Source: Minisyncoccota bacterium
GTDB taxonomy: Bacteria; Patescibacteriota; Minisyncoccia; Phycocordibacterales; UBA9973
Direction: 5' to 3'
Assembly (NCBI GenBank): GCA_025453495.1
Contig: JALOQM010000001.1
Location: forward strand, 15,664-79,663
DNA length: 64,000 nt
The notes under the pieces are model-generated. The model was given only the letters and a program-made list of their open reading frames with translations, had not been told where the DNA came from and did not search any database. Of this stretch, positions 51,562 to 61,024 are shown one piece after another. Numbering within the stretch: position 1 is the first letter of the stretch; the number at the start of each line of letters is the position of its first letter. The position numbers were made by a program, and so were the translations under genes.

Positions 51562-51984
51562 TTATTTTGCTCCTTTCTTTGCTTTCTTGTTGCCGTAGAG
51601 GGAACGTCCTTGGCGGCGTTTTTCGACACCTTGCGTATCAAGAACGCCACGAACGATGTGGTAGCGTACGCCGATCAAATCCTTCACACGACCACCACGA
51701 AGCATAACTACTGAGTGTTCCTGGAGGTTATGTCCTTCACCAGGGATATAAGCAGTGACTTCCATGCCATTTGTGAGGCGCACACGGGCGATTTTTCGAA
51801 GTGCTGAGTTTGGCTTCTTTGGGGTTGTAGTGGTCACTTTTGTGCACACGCCACGCTTAAATGGAGATGCGTAGAAATTCGGCTTATTTGCAAGTGAATT
51901 GAAGCCGCGCGCGAGTGCGACTGCTTTTGATTTCTTTGCCGTTGTTTTGCGGCTCTTGCGTACGAGTTGATTGATTGTTGGCAT
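51562..51984 (-). CDS. rpsL: 30S ribosomal protein S12
   Basis: [10 protein letters not shown] and GHNLQEHS. Confidence 0.98.
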   Translation of the reverse strand: MPTINQLVRKSRKTTAKKSKAVALARGFNSLANKPNFYASPFKRGVCTKVTTTTPKKPNSALRKIARVRLTNGMEVTAYIPGEGHNLQEHSVVMLRGGRVKDLIGVRYHIVRGVLDTQGVEKRRQGRSLYGNKKAKKGAK

Positions 51985-52151
51985 ATGTTTGCAAGGAGCA
52001 CTTTACTATGCCCTGCCTAAAAATGCAAGGGTTTCTGAGAAAATTGATAAAAATGAGCTTCTCTTATATAGTGAGAAGGTTCGGGTCAGTTGCATCCCTA
52101 AACCAAAAGCAGTACTTTTAGTCGGGCGAATAAATTTGAAAATTGTTTTAG

Positions 52152-52227
52152 CCACCCTTAGCTCAGTTGGTAGAGCAGTCGTCTTATACACGACCGGTCC
52201 ATGGTTCGAGTCCATGAGGGTGGACCA
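52152..52227 (+). tRNA. tRNA with TAT anticodon (tRNA-Ile(UAU))
   Basis: CCACCCT/AGGGTGG acceptor, GCTC/GAGC D stem, GTCGT-CT TAT AC-ACGAC anticodon arm, TTCGAGT loop, A73-CCA; 76 nt. Confidence 0.92.
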
Positions 52228-52253
52228 GAAAAATACGGTATACTAGTAGATAT

Positions 52254-52724
52254 ATGCTAAACGAATTCACAGCAAAAAAATTAGGGGAAGTAATTGCCTT
52301 CTCTCGTGTGGGTAAAGAAACGTTTGAAAGAGGACGAAGCGCGATGACTCGTGTCTTTGGCTCAGATGAAACTGAACGTCTCATTGAGGAAAACAATACG
52401 CTTGCAGAACGGATAACTATCATCGCCGAAGAATCAGGAGTAAATGACACAGTCCAATCCAAAGCGACTGCCACAAGTGAGAAACTCCGTGCTATGCGTG
52501 ATCTATACGTCGGCGATCAGTGGGATAATGAAACGGAACTTATGGAGTGGTCAGGATTCTTTGAAGGAGCGGCGATCGTGCATTTCGCACTTGTCCTCGG
52601 TGCGAGCGAAAAGGTAGACAATGCTGCCATTCGACATATCGCGCAAGACGGTATCGCACTACATCGCAAGATTCTCACCCACGCAGAGACGATGCTTCGA
52701 GAAAACGGAAAAGTGCGAGCATAG
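52254..52724 (+). CDS. Hypothetical helical protein (possibly ferritin-like fold)
   Basis: 156 aa, all-helical pattern with E/H residues; the fold is a guess. Confidence 0.6.
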   Translation: MLNEFTAKKLGEVIAFSRVGKETFERGRSAMTRVFGSDETERLIEENNTLAERITIIAEESGVNDTVQSKATATSEKLRAMRDLYVGDQWDNETELMEWSGFFEGAAIVHFALVLGASEKVDNAAIRHIAQDGIALHRKILTHAETMLRENGKVRA

Positions 52725-52764
52725 GAACGCATACAAAAAAACGCCATCATGGCGTTTTTTTGTA

Positions 52765-54666
52765 TTACTTTTCTTCTTTCTTCTTTGGCATGATGCCATT
52801 TGCGATGATAATCTTTTCGTAATCGTCTTGTTCGAGTGTCTCTTTCTCGACAAGCGCGAGCGCAATCGCATCAAGCGCTCCGCGATATTTTGTCACGACA
52901 TCACGCGCGCGAGCGAATCCATCTTGCATGATCTTTGATACTTCAGCATCAATTTTTGCAGAGACCGCTTCAGAATATTCTTTGCCATCAATACCAGCGC
53001 CAAAGAGTGCACGGCCGCCCTCGCCTTCAAGTGCGACAGGACCAATCGTTTCTGACATACCCCAACGCGTCACCATTGAGCGTGCAAGTGATGTCGCTAC
53101 CTGGAGATCATTTGATGGACCGGTCGTGACATCACCAAAGAGCATTTCTTCTACGACATAGCCACCAAGTGATACTGCGATATCATCGAGAAATTCTTTT
53201 TTTGATTGCAATTTACGTTCTTCAATCGGAAGCTTGAGTGTATAGCCAAGTGCACGACCGCGAGAGATGATGGTGATTTTGTGTACTGGATCAGCGTATG
53301 GCAGTACTGATGCGACAAGCGCATGCCCTGCTTCATGATACGCAGTAATTTCTTTTTCTTTTTTTGAAAGAAGGTAGCTTTTGCGCTCAGGACCAAGTAG
53401 TACTTTTTCGATTGCACGAATGAGATCAAACTGTGACACTTTTTTGCGGTCCTCACGTGCAGCAAGGATTGCACCTTCATTCATAAGCGAATGAAGGTCC
53501 GCACCAGAGAAACCAGGAGTGCGCTCAGCGATTACTTTAAGATTTACATCCTCAGCAAATGGCTTCTTGCGAGAATGAATTTTCAAAATTTCTTCACGGT
53601 CTTCACGGTCTGGCAGATCAAGCACGACGCGTCGGTCAAAGCGACCGGGACGAAGAAGCGCAGGATCAAGTACATCCGGACGATTTGTTGCAGCCATAAC
53701 GATCACTTTTTCATTTGGCTCAAAGCCGTCCATTTCTACAAGTATTTGATTGAGTGTCTGCTCTCGTTCATCATTGCCACCACCAATACCAGTGCCACGT
53801 ACGCGTCCGACTGCGTCGATTTCATCTACAAAGATAATCGCAGGCGCGGCTTTTTTGGCAACTTTGAAAAGATCACGCACACGAGAAGCACCCACACCGA
53901 CAAACATTTCGACAAACTCAGAGCCAGATAAATGGAAAAAAGGGACTCCCGCTTCACCCGCCACTGCTCGTGCAAGAAGTGTCTTTCCGGTACCTGGGGC
54001 ACCAGTGAGAATGACGCCTTTAGGAATACGTGCGCCAATATCGAGAAACTTTTTTGGATTGCGGAGGAAATCGACAATTTCTTTGAGTTCTTCTTTTGCT
54101 TCTTTTGCACCAGCCACATCTTTGAAAAGAACGCGTTGATTTTTGTCGTCAGGAGATGTGACACGCGCTTGTGTCTGTCCAAACGAAAGTGCTTGCATAC
54201 CCGCACCTTTTACTTGGCGTGAAATCATCCAAAAGAAAAAGAGTATAAAGAGCACTGGTAATGCAAATGGGAGAATATTTGCAACCCAAAACATGAAACC
54301 ACTCTGATTTTTGACACTAATTGTCACTGCAGCTAACTTCTCTTTTGAGAGACCATAATTGGCAAGTGTTTCGGTAAGTGCTGCTTCACTTTCTTTGAGT
54401 GCAGTCTCCTTAGTGTCATCAGAGCGTATAATAGAAAGCTTATTACCAGAAACCTCAATACTTTTGATTGCTCCAGCATCAATACTCTGCGCAAGATTTG
54501 AGAGAGACACCTCAACAGGTGTATCTTCTTTGCCCGAGAGAAGTGAATATGCCACCGTCAGGAGCAATAAGACAAAAATGGTGCCAAAAATGTTTTTTGA
54601 AAAGTCGAATTTCGGATTCTTTTCTTTTCCTTTTTTTTGTTGATTGTTCTGTGTAAATAGTTTCAT
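52765..54666 (-). CDS. ftsH: ATP-dependent zinc metalloprotease FtsH
   Basis: [24 protein letters not shown] and HEAGH. Confidence 0.98.
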   Translation of the reverse strand: MKLFTQNNQQKKGKEKNPKFDFSKNIFGTIFVLLLLTVAYSLLSGKEDTPVEVSLSNLAQSIDAGAIKSIEVSGNKLSIIRSDDTKETALKESEAALTETLANYGLSKEKLAAVTISVKNQSGFMFWVANILPFALPVLFILFFFWMISRQVKGAGMQALSFGQTQARVTSPDDKNQRVLFKDVAGAKEAKEELKEIVDFLRNPKKFLDIGARIPKGVILTGAPGTGKTLLARAVAGEAGVPFFHLSGSEFVEMFVGVGASRVRDLFKVAKKAAPAIIFVDEIDAVGRVRGTGIGGGNDEREQTLNQILVEMDGFEPNEKVIVMAATNRPDVLDPALLRPGRFDRRVVLDLPDREDREEILKIHSRKKPFAEDVNLKVIAERTPGFSGADLHSLMNEGAILAAREDRKKVSQFDLIRAIEKVLLGPERKSYLLSKKEKEITAYHEAGHALVASVLPYADPVHKITIISRGRALGYTLKLPIEERKLQSKKEFLDDIAVSLGGYVVEEMLFGDVTTGPSNDLQVATSLARSMVTRWGMSETIGPVALEGEGGRALFGAGIDGKEYSEAVSAKIDAEVSKIMQDGFARARDVVTKYRGALDAIALALVEKETLEQDDYEKIIIANGIMPKKKEEK

Positions 54667-54759
54667 AAGATTATTTTATCCTCTGATTATATATCAAATA
54701 GAGTAAAACAAGAAAGAAAAGCCTTCAGCATGCACTAACGGAAGTGTTACAATCAGTAC

Positions 54760-55206
54760 ATGGCGACTTTTGCAGAAAACAGAAAGGCGGGATTTAACTA
54801 CGAGACACTTGAGACGATGGATGCAGGCATCGAGCTTCTGGGCTTTGAGGTCAAGTCAGTGAAAAAAGGTCAGTGCTCACTTGAAGGTGCGTATAGTATC
54901 GTTCGCGGTGGTGAAGCATATATCATCGGTATGCATATTTCTCCGTATCAAGGTGCTAATACACCAAAAGAGTACGACCCACTACGCACCCGCAAACTCC
55001 TACTCACAAAAAAAGAAATCAATGAGCTTGCGGACAAAGAAGCCGTTAAAGGTTTGACTATAGTACCTTTATCGTTGTACAATAAAGGTCGCCGAATAAA
55101 AGTCTCTATCGGTATCGCGCGTGGCAAAAAGCGCTTCGATAAGCGCGAAACGATCAAGAAGCGCGAGACCGAACGCGAAATACGGCGCACGTTGAAAAAC
55201 GAATAA
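54760..55206 (+). CDS. smpB: SsrA-binding protein
   Basis: ENRKA.F.Y, AGIEL.G.EVKS, R.RKLLL and GKKRFDKR. Confidence 0.97.
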   Translation: MATFAENRKAGFNYETLETMDAGIELLGFEVKSVKKGQCSLEGAYSIVRGGEAYIIGMHISPYQGANTPKEYDPLRTRKLLLTKKEINELADKEAVKGLTIVPLSLYNKGRRIKVSIGIARGKKRFDKRETIKKRETEREIRRTLKNE

Positions 55207-55209
55207 CAT

Positions 55210-55593
55210 GGGGCTGATCGGCCTAGACAAGAGGACGATCGCTTGCCGTGCATGCCGAGTATGCGAAAATCTCGCTAAACTTTTCGCGGACGACCAAGTG
55301 CAAACAAAGTCGCTTCAGTAAAGTCACCGTACGCAAGTGCGTTTGGCTTTGCTCCAGCTCTCGCCTAACGGCCGGCTGGTGTCTTCCCTTCTTTTTCCGA
55401 CACGGAGGGCAAGGCAATATATTGTCGGGATAAGGAAAAAGGAGCGTCCGGCCTCTTTCACGAAAAATTAGGAATCGGCGCTCGCGGATTTTGCCCGTCT
55501 CATACCGCGCGTGCTTAAACAAAAAGACCGGCTACGCATGTAGATTCGACACGCATCACCTTTTGCACGCGGGTTCGATTCCCGCCAGCTCCA
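55210..55593 (+). ncRNA. ssrA: tmRNA
   Basis: GGGGCTG...GGTTCGATTCCCGC-CAGCTCCA tRNA-Ala-like ends with G3:U70; tag ORF 55300-55368 ANKVASVKSPYASAFGFAPALA*; directly after smpB. Confidence 0.93.
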
Positions 55594-55704
55594 CAAAAAC
55601 TTGACGAATACCTCAAGTATGGTATTTTTATATCGTTAATTCACGTCTTAACCATTCACCGTGGACAGGGCGATGAATCGCTCTTTCCATATAAAAACAC
55701 GACA

Positions 55705-56073
55705 ATGAAAAACTTCATCAAGAAGTGTCTATATTGCTTCTATTGCTTTGCCGGATTTATTCATCTTGCAATAGCCATCGGTCCAGTATGTATGCTTCTC
55801 TACATCAATCGCGATGTAATCAACTACGTCATCAGTCCTCTTGCAACGCTCGTTCTTGCCCTTGCAGGCACGCTTAGTGCGATCTTTGCCGGAAAAATTC
55901 CCGCAATGCTTTCAATCACAGGCATTATCCTGTTCTGTGCTTCATGGTTCACTATTGAACCACTTGGAGTATGGGCCGCGCAAATGATCTGGTTTGTAGG
56001 CATTGGACTTTGGTTTTCTGCTCTTTATTTTGCCTTTACAATTAAGCACAAAGGGCAGACAAAGACAGCTTAG
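55705..56073 (+). CDS. Hypothetical 4-TM membrane protein
   Basis: 122 hydrophobic aa, with its own TTGACG promoter-like element right after tmRNA and a terminator at ~56095-56127. Confidence 0.7.
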   Translation: MKNFIKKCLYCFYCFAGFIHLAIAIGPVCMLLYINRDVINYVISPLATLVLALAGTLSAIFAGKIPAMLSITGIILFCASWFTIEPLGVWAAQMIWFVGIGLWFSALYFAFTIKHKGQTKTA

Positions 56074-56136
56074 ATGAAATAGGTTAATTCCCGAAGAGTC
56101 TCAGAAATGGGACTCTTTTATTTTTTTGAAGAAACC

Positions 56137-56346
56137 TCGGTTCTAATCTGATTCACTAACTTCCACTAGTTATAACGAAGCCCGCTTTGTGTGGTTTTTG
56201 TTATAACTTGTTGGAAATAGTTGGGGAATCGAAAGACAGAACGCACGAAGCAAGGCGAAGTTTGGCAAAGCCAGGCGTGAGGCGGGGTTGAGAGTACTTG
56301 TGATTTTGTAATGCTTCGATTCTAATCTGATTCACTAACTTCTACT
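56137..56346. repeat. 31-bp direct repeat pair (23-bp perfect core TTCTAATCTGATTCACTAACTTC)
   Basis: Copies at 56137-56167 and 56316-56346 with two mismatches. Confidence 0.8.
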
Positions 56347-56420
56347 GCTTCGCCACGGGTTCAAATTAGCACTGTATAAAATAAAAAACCGCTTCACATC
56401 TGAAGCGGTTTTTTATAACT

Positions 56421-57842
56421 CTATTTACATGATAACTCGTTTATCTTTTTCAGCGTCATTTCTCCGACGAATCCAGTCGAAGTAGTAAGCCCGATCGGCG
56501 CAAGGATGTCTGAAGCGTATTTCCGCTGGAAATCTATAACTGCTTGAAGGGTGAATTCACCAAAGAATGTTGTGACTTCAGGATAGGTAAAGAAATTTTG
56601 CGCCTTGAGAAATGTTTGCAGTGTTCTCACTGATTCCTTGCGATCACCGAAACGGAGCATCTCAGTAAGGTATGGAGTACAAACACCAGAGACTTTCGGC
56701 AAAGTGCCATCAAATGATGCTGGCCGTTCAGAAATATTGGGATTAAATCCTCCCCCAGCAGCGCCAGCACTACCTGTACTACTACTTGCTGTAGGAACAG
56801 TAATTGTAAATGCTGTCACAGGAAGAGTGTTGGAAGCATTGCCCGCACGATCACTGACAACAATGGTACAGTTTGTATATGCACCACCTGTAAGTGCTGA
56901 AAAGGTAATAGTATTTACTCCAGACGTTGCACTTGTAGTGATAGAGGAACATGCGCCGCCATAGGCGATAGTACCAGCCTCATTAGTTGTAAAGGTATAT
57001 GCTGGAGTGGTGTTAGTTGTCGGTGTCATCACAGGAGTGACTTCAGAAATAGTCGGAACTGTTTTGTCGAAGGTAACTGTTGATGTATCAGAAACAGTAG
57101 TAATAGTCGAAGAAGCGTTCCCCGCAAGATCAACTACTTCAAACTCAAAACCAACCAGTCCTTCGACATCAGAACTGTCAGTAATATAGCTAAATTTCCA
57201 AGTATTTCCAGAGACAAATTCTATTAGCGCGCCATCATTAAATACAGGATTTGAACCTGAAGAATAAAATGTATACGAAGCAGACGGATCAATATCTTCA
57301 CTTGCATTAAATGTGACAGTCACGATATCACCAACCTTTGCATATATAGGATTCGTCCCACTTCCTGCTATGGAAACATCCGATATAGTAGGACTCTGAC
57401 TGTCTTCTATTTCTATCGAGTCTCCATTTGAGATAACAACATTTGTATTAGAAAGAGTATCTATAATACCTGACGCGTCAATGTATAATCCACGTGAAGC
57501 ATCATATGCTGTATCAGTTGCCGCAAATGGGGTACCAGCAAAAGTAAGTCTGAAACGTGCTGCGTTACTAAAAGCTGCCTGGATGATACTGGCACTTGTC
57601 GGTGTGAGTGGTGAAATGCCACCAGTATTTACATCAATGTGAAATTTGCTCGGGTCAACGGTGACTATATTTTGACCAGGAACACCGCTTACTATCACCT
57701 CTAATTGATTTGGAGAGACTATCCTTGCTTTTATTACAGTAATATTTGCTACAGCAGATGCTGTATTGGCAAAAAAACCAAAAGATAAAATAAATAGTCC
57801 TACAAAAAGAAAACTGCTAATAAAAAGTTTTATTTTTCTCAT
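56421..57842 (-). CDS. Surface protein with Ig-like Thr/Ser-rich repeats and C-terminal peptidoglycan-binding domain
   Basis: Signal peptide; D..P.I and D.AGN.S repeats; LRFGD....V..LQ.FL...FG..T..AV..FQ. Confidence 0.82.
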   Translation of the reverse strand: MRKIKLFISSFLFVGLFILSFGFFANTASAVANITVIKARIVSPNQLEVIVSGVPGQNIVTVDPSKFHIDVNTGGISPLTPTSASIIQAAFSNAARFRLTFAGTPFAATDTAYDASRGLYIDASGIIDTLSNTNVVISNGDSIEIEDSQSPTISDVSIAGSGTNPIYAKVGDIVTVTFNASEDIDPSASYTFYSSGSNPVFNDGALIEFVSGNTWKFSYITDSSDVEGLVGFEFEVVDLAGNASSTITTVSDTSTVTFDKTVPTISEVTPVMTPTTNTTPAYTFTTNEAGTIAYGGACSSITTSATSGVNTITFSALTGGAYTNCTIVVSDRAGNASNTLPVTAFTITVPTASSSTGSAGAAGGGFNPNISERPASFDGTLPKVSGVCTPYLTEMLRFGDRKESVRTLQTFLKAQNFFTYPEVTTFFGEFTLQAVIDFQRKYASDILAPIGLTTSTGFVGEMTLKKINELSCK

Positions 57843-57920
57843 ATATTGAAGAATAACAAAAAAAATGCCTAACTCAAAAATCAAATAAAAAGTCTCATAT
57901 CCATGGTTTAAGTACGCTCA

Positions 57921-59048
57921 CTACCGGCACAGTGCGTCAATACCAGGAAGAGATCCATCAGAAAGAAAATCTATCGTCGCACCGCCACCTGTCGAGACAA
58001 ATGACAATCTATTTTCAATCTTGAGCTTCTCAACAAGTGCCACTGTATCACCGCCACCGACAATTGTTCGTGCGCGACTTTGAGCAAGCATGCTCAATAT
58101 ATCTTCTGTTGCCACCCCGAAACCTTCTTCATAATTACCCATTGGACCATTCCAAAGCACCATCTTTGCACGAGCAATAAAAAGTTCGATAAGCGTGACT
58201 GACATCGGACCAATGTCAACAATGGTGTCTTGCTTTGTTACTTCTTCTGGAAGTTTTACTCTATGAGTGCGACCTGTTTTTACGATGACATCAACCGGGA
58301 GAAAGAGATTGTCAGCTCGCGTGAGTTTTTTCAAGCCAAATAGTTTTGTATCAACAAGAGAGCGACCAACTTCATATCCAGTTTCTTTAAAAAAGTTGTT
58401 TGCAAGTGCACCACCGACAAAAACAAAATCTGCTTTCTTTAGAAATTTCTTGATCAATGGAATCTTTGTTTCAAATTTTGCACCACCAAGCAAAAAGAGA
58501 AATGGTTGTTTTGGTGCGTGCATAACACGTGAGAGCTCGGTGATTTCACGAAGTAATTGGAATCCAGCATATGACGGAAGCAGCTTTGCTACACCCACCA
58601 CAGATGCATGCGCACGATGGCAGACTGGAAATGCATCATTGACATAGATATCGGCAAGCGAAGCAAGTGCACGAGAAAATGTGAGATCATTTTTTGTCTC
58701 ACCTGCATGCTCGCGGAGATTCTCAAGTAGGAGCACCTCACCATTTTTCATCTTGCTACACTGTGCAAGTACTTTTTCACCCACAACCTCTCTCACAAAT
58801 ATATGAGCGATATAGGTCTTTAATTTCTTTGACACAAGCGAAAGACTTTCTCCCTTATCTCCAAGATGACTAATGAGAATTATTTTTGCGCCTTTCTTTT
58901 TTAGATATTCTATTGTGGGTAGTGCTTTTTTGATACGGAAATCATCAAGAATTTTGCCTTTCTTGATCGATACATTGAAATCCACACGGACAAGGATTCT
59001 CTTGCCACGAATGTTTTTGAGCTCGGTAATTTTTTTAAACTGTTTCAT
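57921..59048 (-). CDS. pgk: Phosphoglycerate kinase
   Basis: RVDFNV, LLENLR, LGGAK, WNGPMG, GGGDT and STGGGA. Confidence 0.97.
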   Translation of the reverse strand: MKQFKKITELKNIRGKRILVRVDFNVSIKKGKILDDFRIKKALPTIEYLKKKGAKIILISHLGDKGESLSLVSKKLKTYIAHIFVREVVGEKVLAQCSKMKNGEVLLLENLREHAGETKNDLTFSRALASLADIYVNDAFPVCHRAHASVVGVAKLLPSYAGFQLLREITELSRVMHAPKQPFLFLLGGAKFETKIPLIKKFLKKADFVFVGGALANNFFKETGYEVGRSLVDTKLFGLKKLTRADNLFLPVDVIVKTGRTHRVKLPEEVTKQDTIVDIGPMSVTLIELFIARAKMVLWNGPMGNYEEGFGVATEDILSMLAQSRARTIVGGGDTVALVEKLKIENRLSFVSTGGGATIDFLSDGSLPGIDALCR

Positions 59049-59073
59049 TGGTAAAGCTAATAACTACTACCTC

Positions 59074-59832
59074 TTACGAAAGATGCTCTGCGCTATAGAC
59101 AATCTGGATAAATTTCAACGGAGTGAGACTCTCACGTCCGACAAGTACGCCATCTACACCACCATCAGAGAGAAATGCTTCGGCATTTTTTGTATTTACA
59201 GACCCACCATAAATGAGTGCAACAGTTTTTGTTGCAACAGCACCAAACATATCTGAAAGTACTTTTTTGATGAAAATACTCATCTCAAGTGACTCAGCTG
59301 GCGTCGCCTCTCGTTTTGCATTCTTGCCTATTGCCCAGACTGGCTCATACGCAATTATAACGTTCTTTAAATTTACTTTCTTGAGACCTGCAAGCGATTG
59401 CATAATTTGTTCCTTGATAAAAGTATGATAGTCGCCTTTTTCGTCACGTACGGATTCTCCTATGCAAAGAATTGGTTTCAAACCAGCCTTGAGTGCTGCT
59501 TTAACCTTTTTGTTTACCATTTCATTTGTCTCACCCATCGCGCGGCGCTCGGAGTGTCCAACTATGACATATGTTGCTCCTGATTTTGCAAGCATTGTAC
59601 CCGAATGCTCACCGGTATAGGCTCCACTTTCTTCCCAAAAGAGATTCTGTCCGGCAAGGGTAGTATTTTGTAATTTTGCCAATGATTCAAGATATATAAC
59701 CGGCGGCGCGATGATAACGGACACTTTCTTGAAGTGTGAGACCTTCGTTGTGATTGCGGTAACGATCTTTTTTGCCTCAGTCAACGACTGGGGATTCATT
59801 TTCCAATTTGCGATGATTACTTTCTTAGTCAT
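59074..59832 (-). CDS. tpiA: Triosephosphate isomerase
   Basis: NWKMN, GHSERR, AYEPVWAIG and YGGSV; real start MTKKV at 59832. Confidence 0.97.
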   Translation of the reverse strand: MTKKVIIANWKMNPQSLTEAKKIVTAITTKVSHFKKVSVIIAPPVIYLESLAKLQNTTLAGQNLFWEESGAYTGEHSGTMLAKSGATYVIVGHSERRAMGETNEMVNKKVKAALKAGLKPILCIGESVRDEKGDYHTFIKEQIMQSLAGLKKVNLKNVIIAYEPVWAIGKNAKREATPAESLEMSIFIKKVLSDMFGAVATKTVALIYGGSVNTKNAEAFLSDGGVDGVLVGRESLTPLKFIQIVYSAEHLS

Positions 59833-59864
59833 GAATGTATTGTATGTCGAAACAGCACGAGACG

Positions 59865-60937
59865 CTAGAAGCTCTTGGCATATGCCTCTGCAACGGTAAG
59901 ACATATTGCGGCTAAGTGTGTTGGAAGTGTTGTACAAAAAGTACGCGCTTCGTCTAGTCCATGGAAGTATGAAATGAAATCCTTCACCGCCCCATTCACA
60001 CAATTTACCTGCTGTTCTTCATTTATGCCAAGCAAGCATCGTGCTTTTGTAATTTCAGGATCACTTGAATTCTACCAGACGCATCGCGACCAAGACTCTG
60101 ATAGCAAGTTTGCCGATATCCATCACCAACAGTCGAGCAGAGACTAAATACTTTTGCATAATCATTGCCTGTCACTTTGAGCATGTATGAGGTCTGCATG
60201 AGGAAACAATCTGTTTTGTAGGTATCTGGGACCGCATTGCATGGATAGATTGGATCTTTGGGATCAAGATACGTAGTAGCGTGATTGTTGTTGTCGACAA
60301 TGAGATTTTCCATGAAGACACCACCATAACAAGAACGCTTCTCCCATATTCCCTCGAGACGGTCACAGAGCGTAAGTGCGTCAAAAAGTTCATGATTGGT
60401 ATATGCCATAAGTCCATGTCCTAATCCGTGTATACAGTTGAAGTAATCAAAACTATAGCGCTCCTTGCCAGGAATATCAGCACAGATTGTGTTGAGTTGA
60501 TTTGGAACCTCTGCACGCCCCATCTTGGCGATAATACCTTCAAGTGCACCGTGATAATACCCTGACCAACAAAAACTATCACCATACGTATAGGCTTCAG
60601 AGAGCGTCGGATATTTCTCTATAGCCACACGACCGATCACATGCGTGATTGGATGACAGTTCTCTTTAACGTATGTGTTTGTATTGTAGCGAGCACGCAA
60701 ATCAGCAAATGCATCAGCTACACCACGCTCTCGGACAAGTGTAGAGTAATACGCCTCATAGCACTCAAAATCTTCTGAGAGGAATCTTCTGCAAGAAAAA
60801 GCTGAGCCGCCTTCAGTGTAAGAATGCTTAAACACAAATTTCCGAGCTACGTAGGTATAATAAAAAAAGCTTACAATCAACAAAAACAGAGCGCTTATGA
60901 AAAGTACTTTTTGTGTTTTTGATAGCTTCACACACAA
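59865..60937 (-). pseudogene. Membrane-anchored Cys/His-repeat protein (CH...H..G, C..GYYHG, CIHGLGHG) with two apparent 1-nt frameshifts near the 3' end
   Basis: The ORF stops at 60023, but the Cys-repeat pattern continues in other frames (NSSDPEITKARCLLG...QQVNCVNG, then AVKDFISYFH...C...C...SF*) to TAG at 59865. Confidence 0.65.
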
Positions 60938-61024
60938 AACTATAACGCGATAAAATACTAATCGATGAGCAAAAATACATACACCCCCTGTCGATAATCA
61001 AACAGGGGGTGTTATAGCATATAC

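Noticed and set aside
35366-55522. Antisense and alternate-frame ORFs over ribosomal protein genes, tuf, fusA, ftsH, smpB and tmRNA
   Set aside because: These are shadow ORFs of conserved genes with no independent signals.
56137-56346. CRISPR array
   Set aside because: Only two repeat copies, ~150 bp between them, and no cas genes.
59833-60003. N-terminal extension of TpiA in the ORF track
   Set aside because: Homology starts at MTKKV (59832); the extension overlaps the frameshifted tail of the upstream gene.
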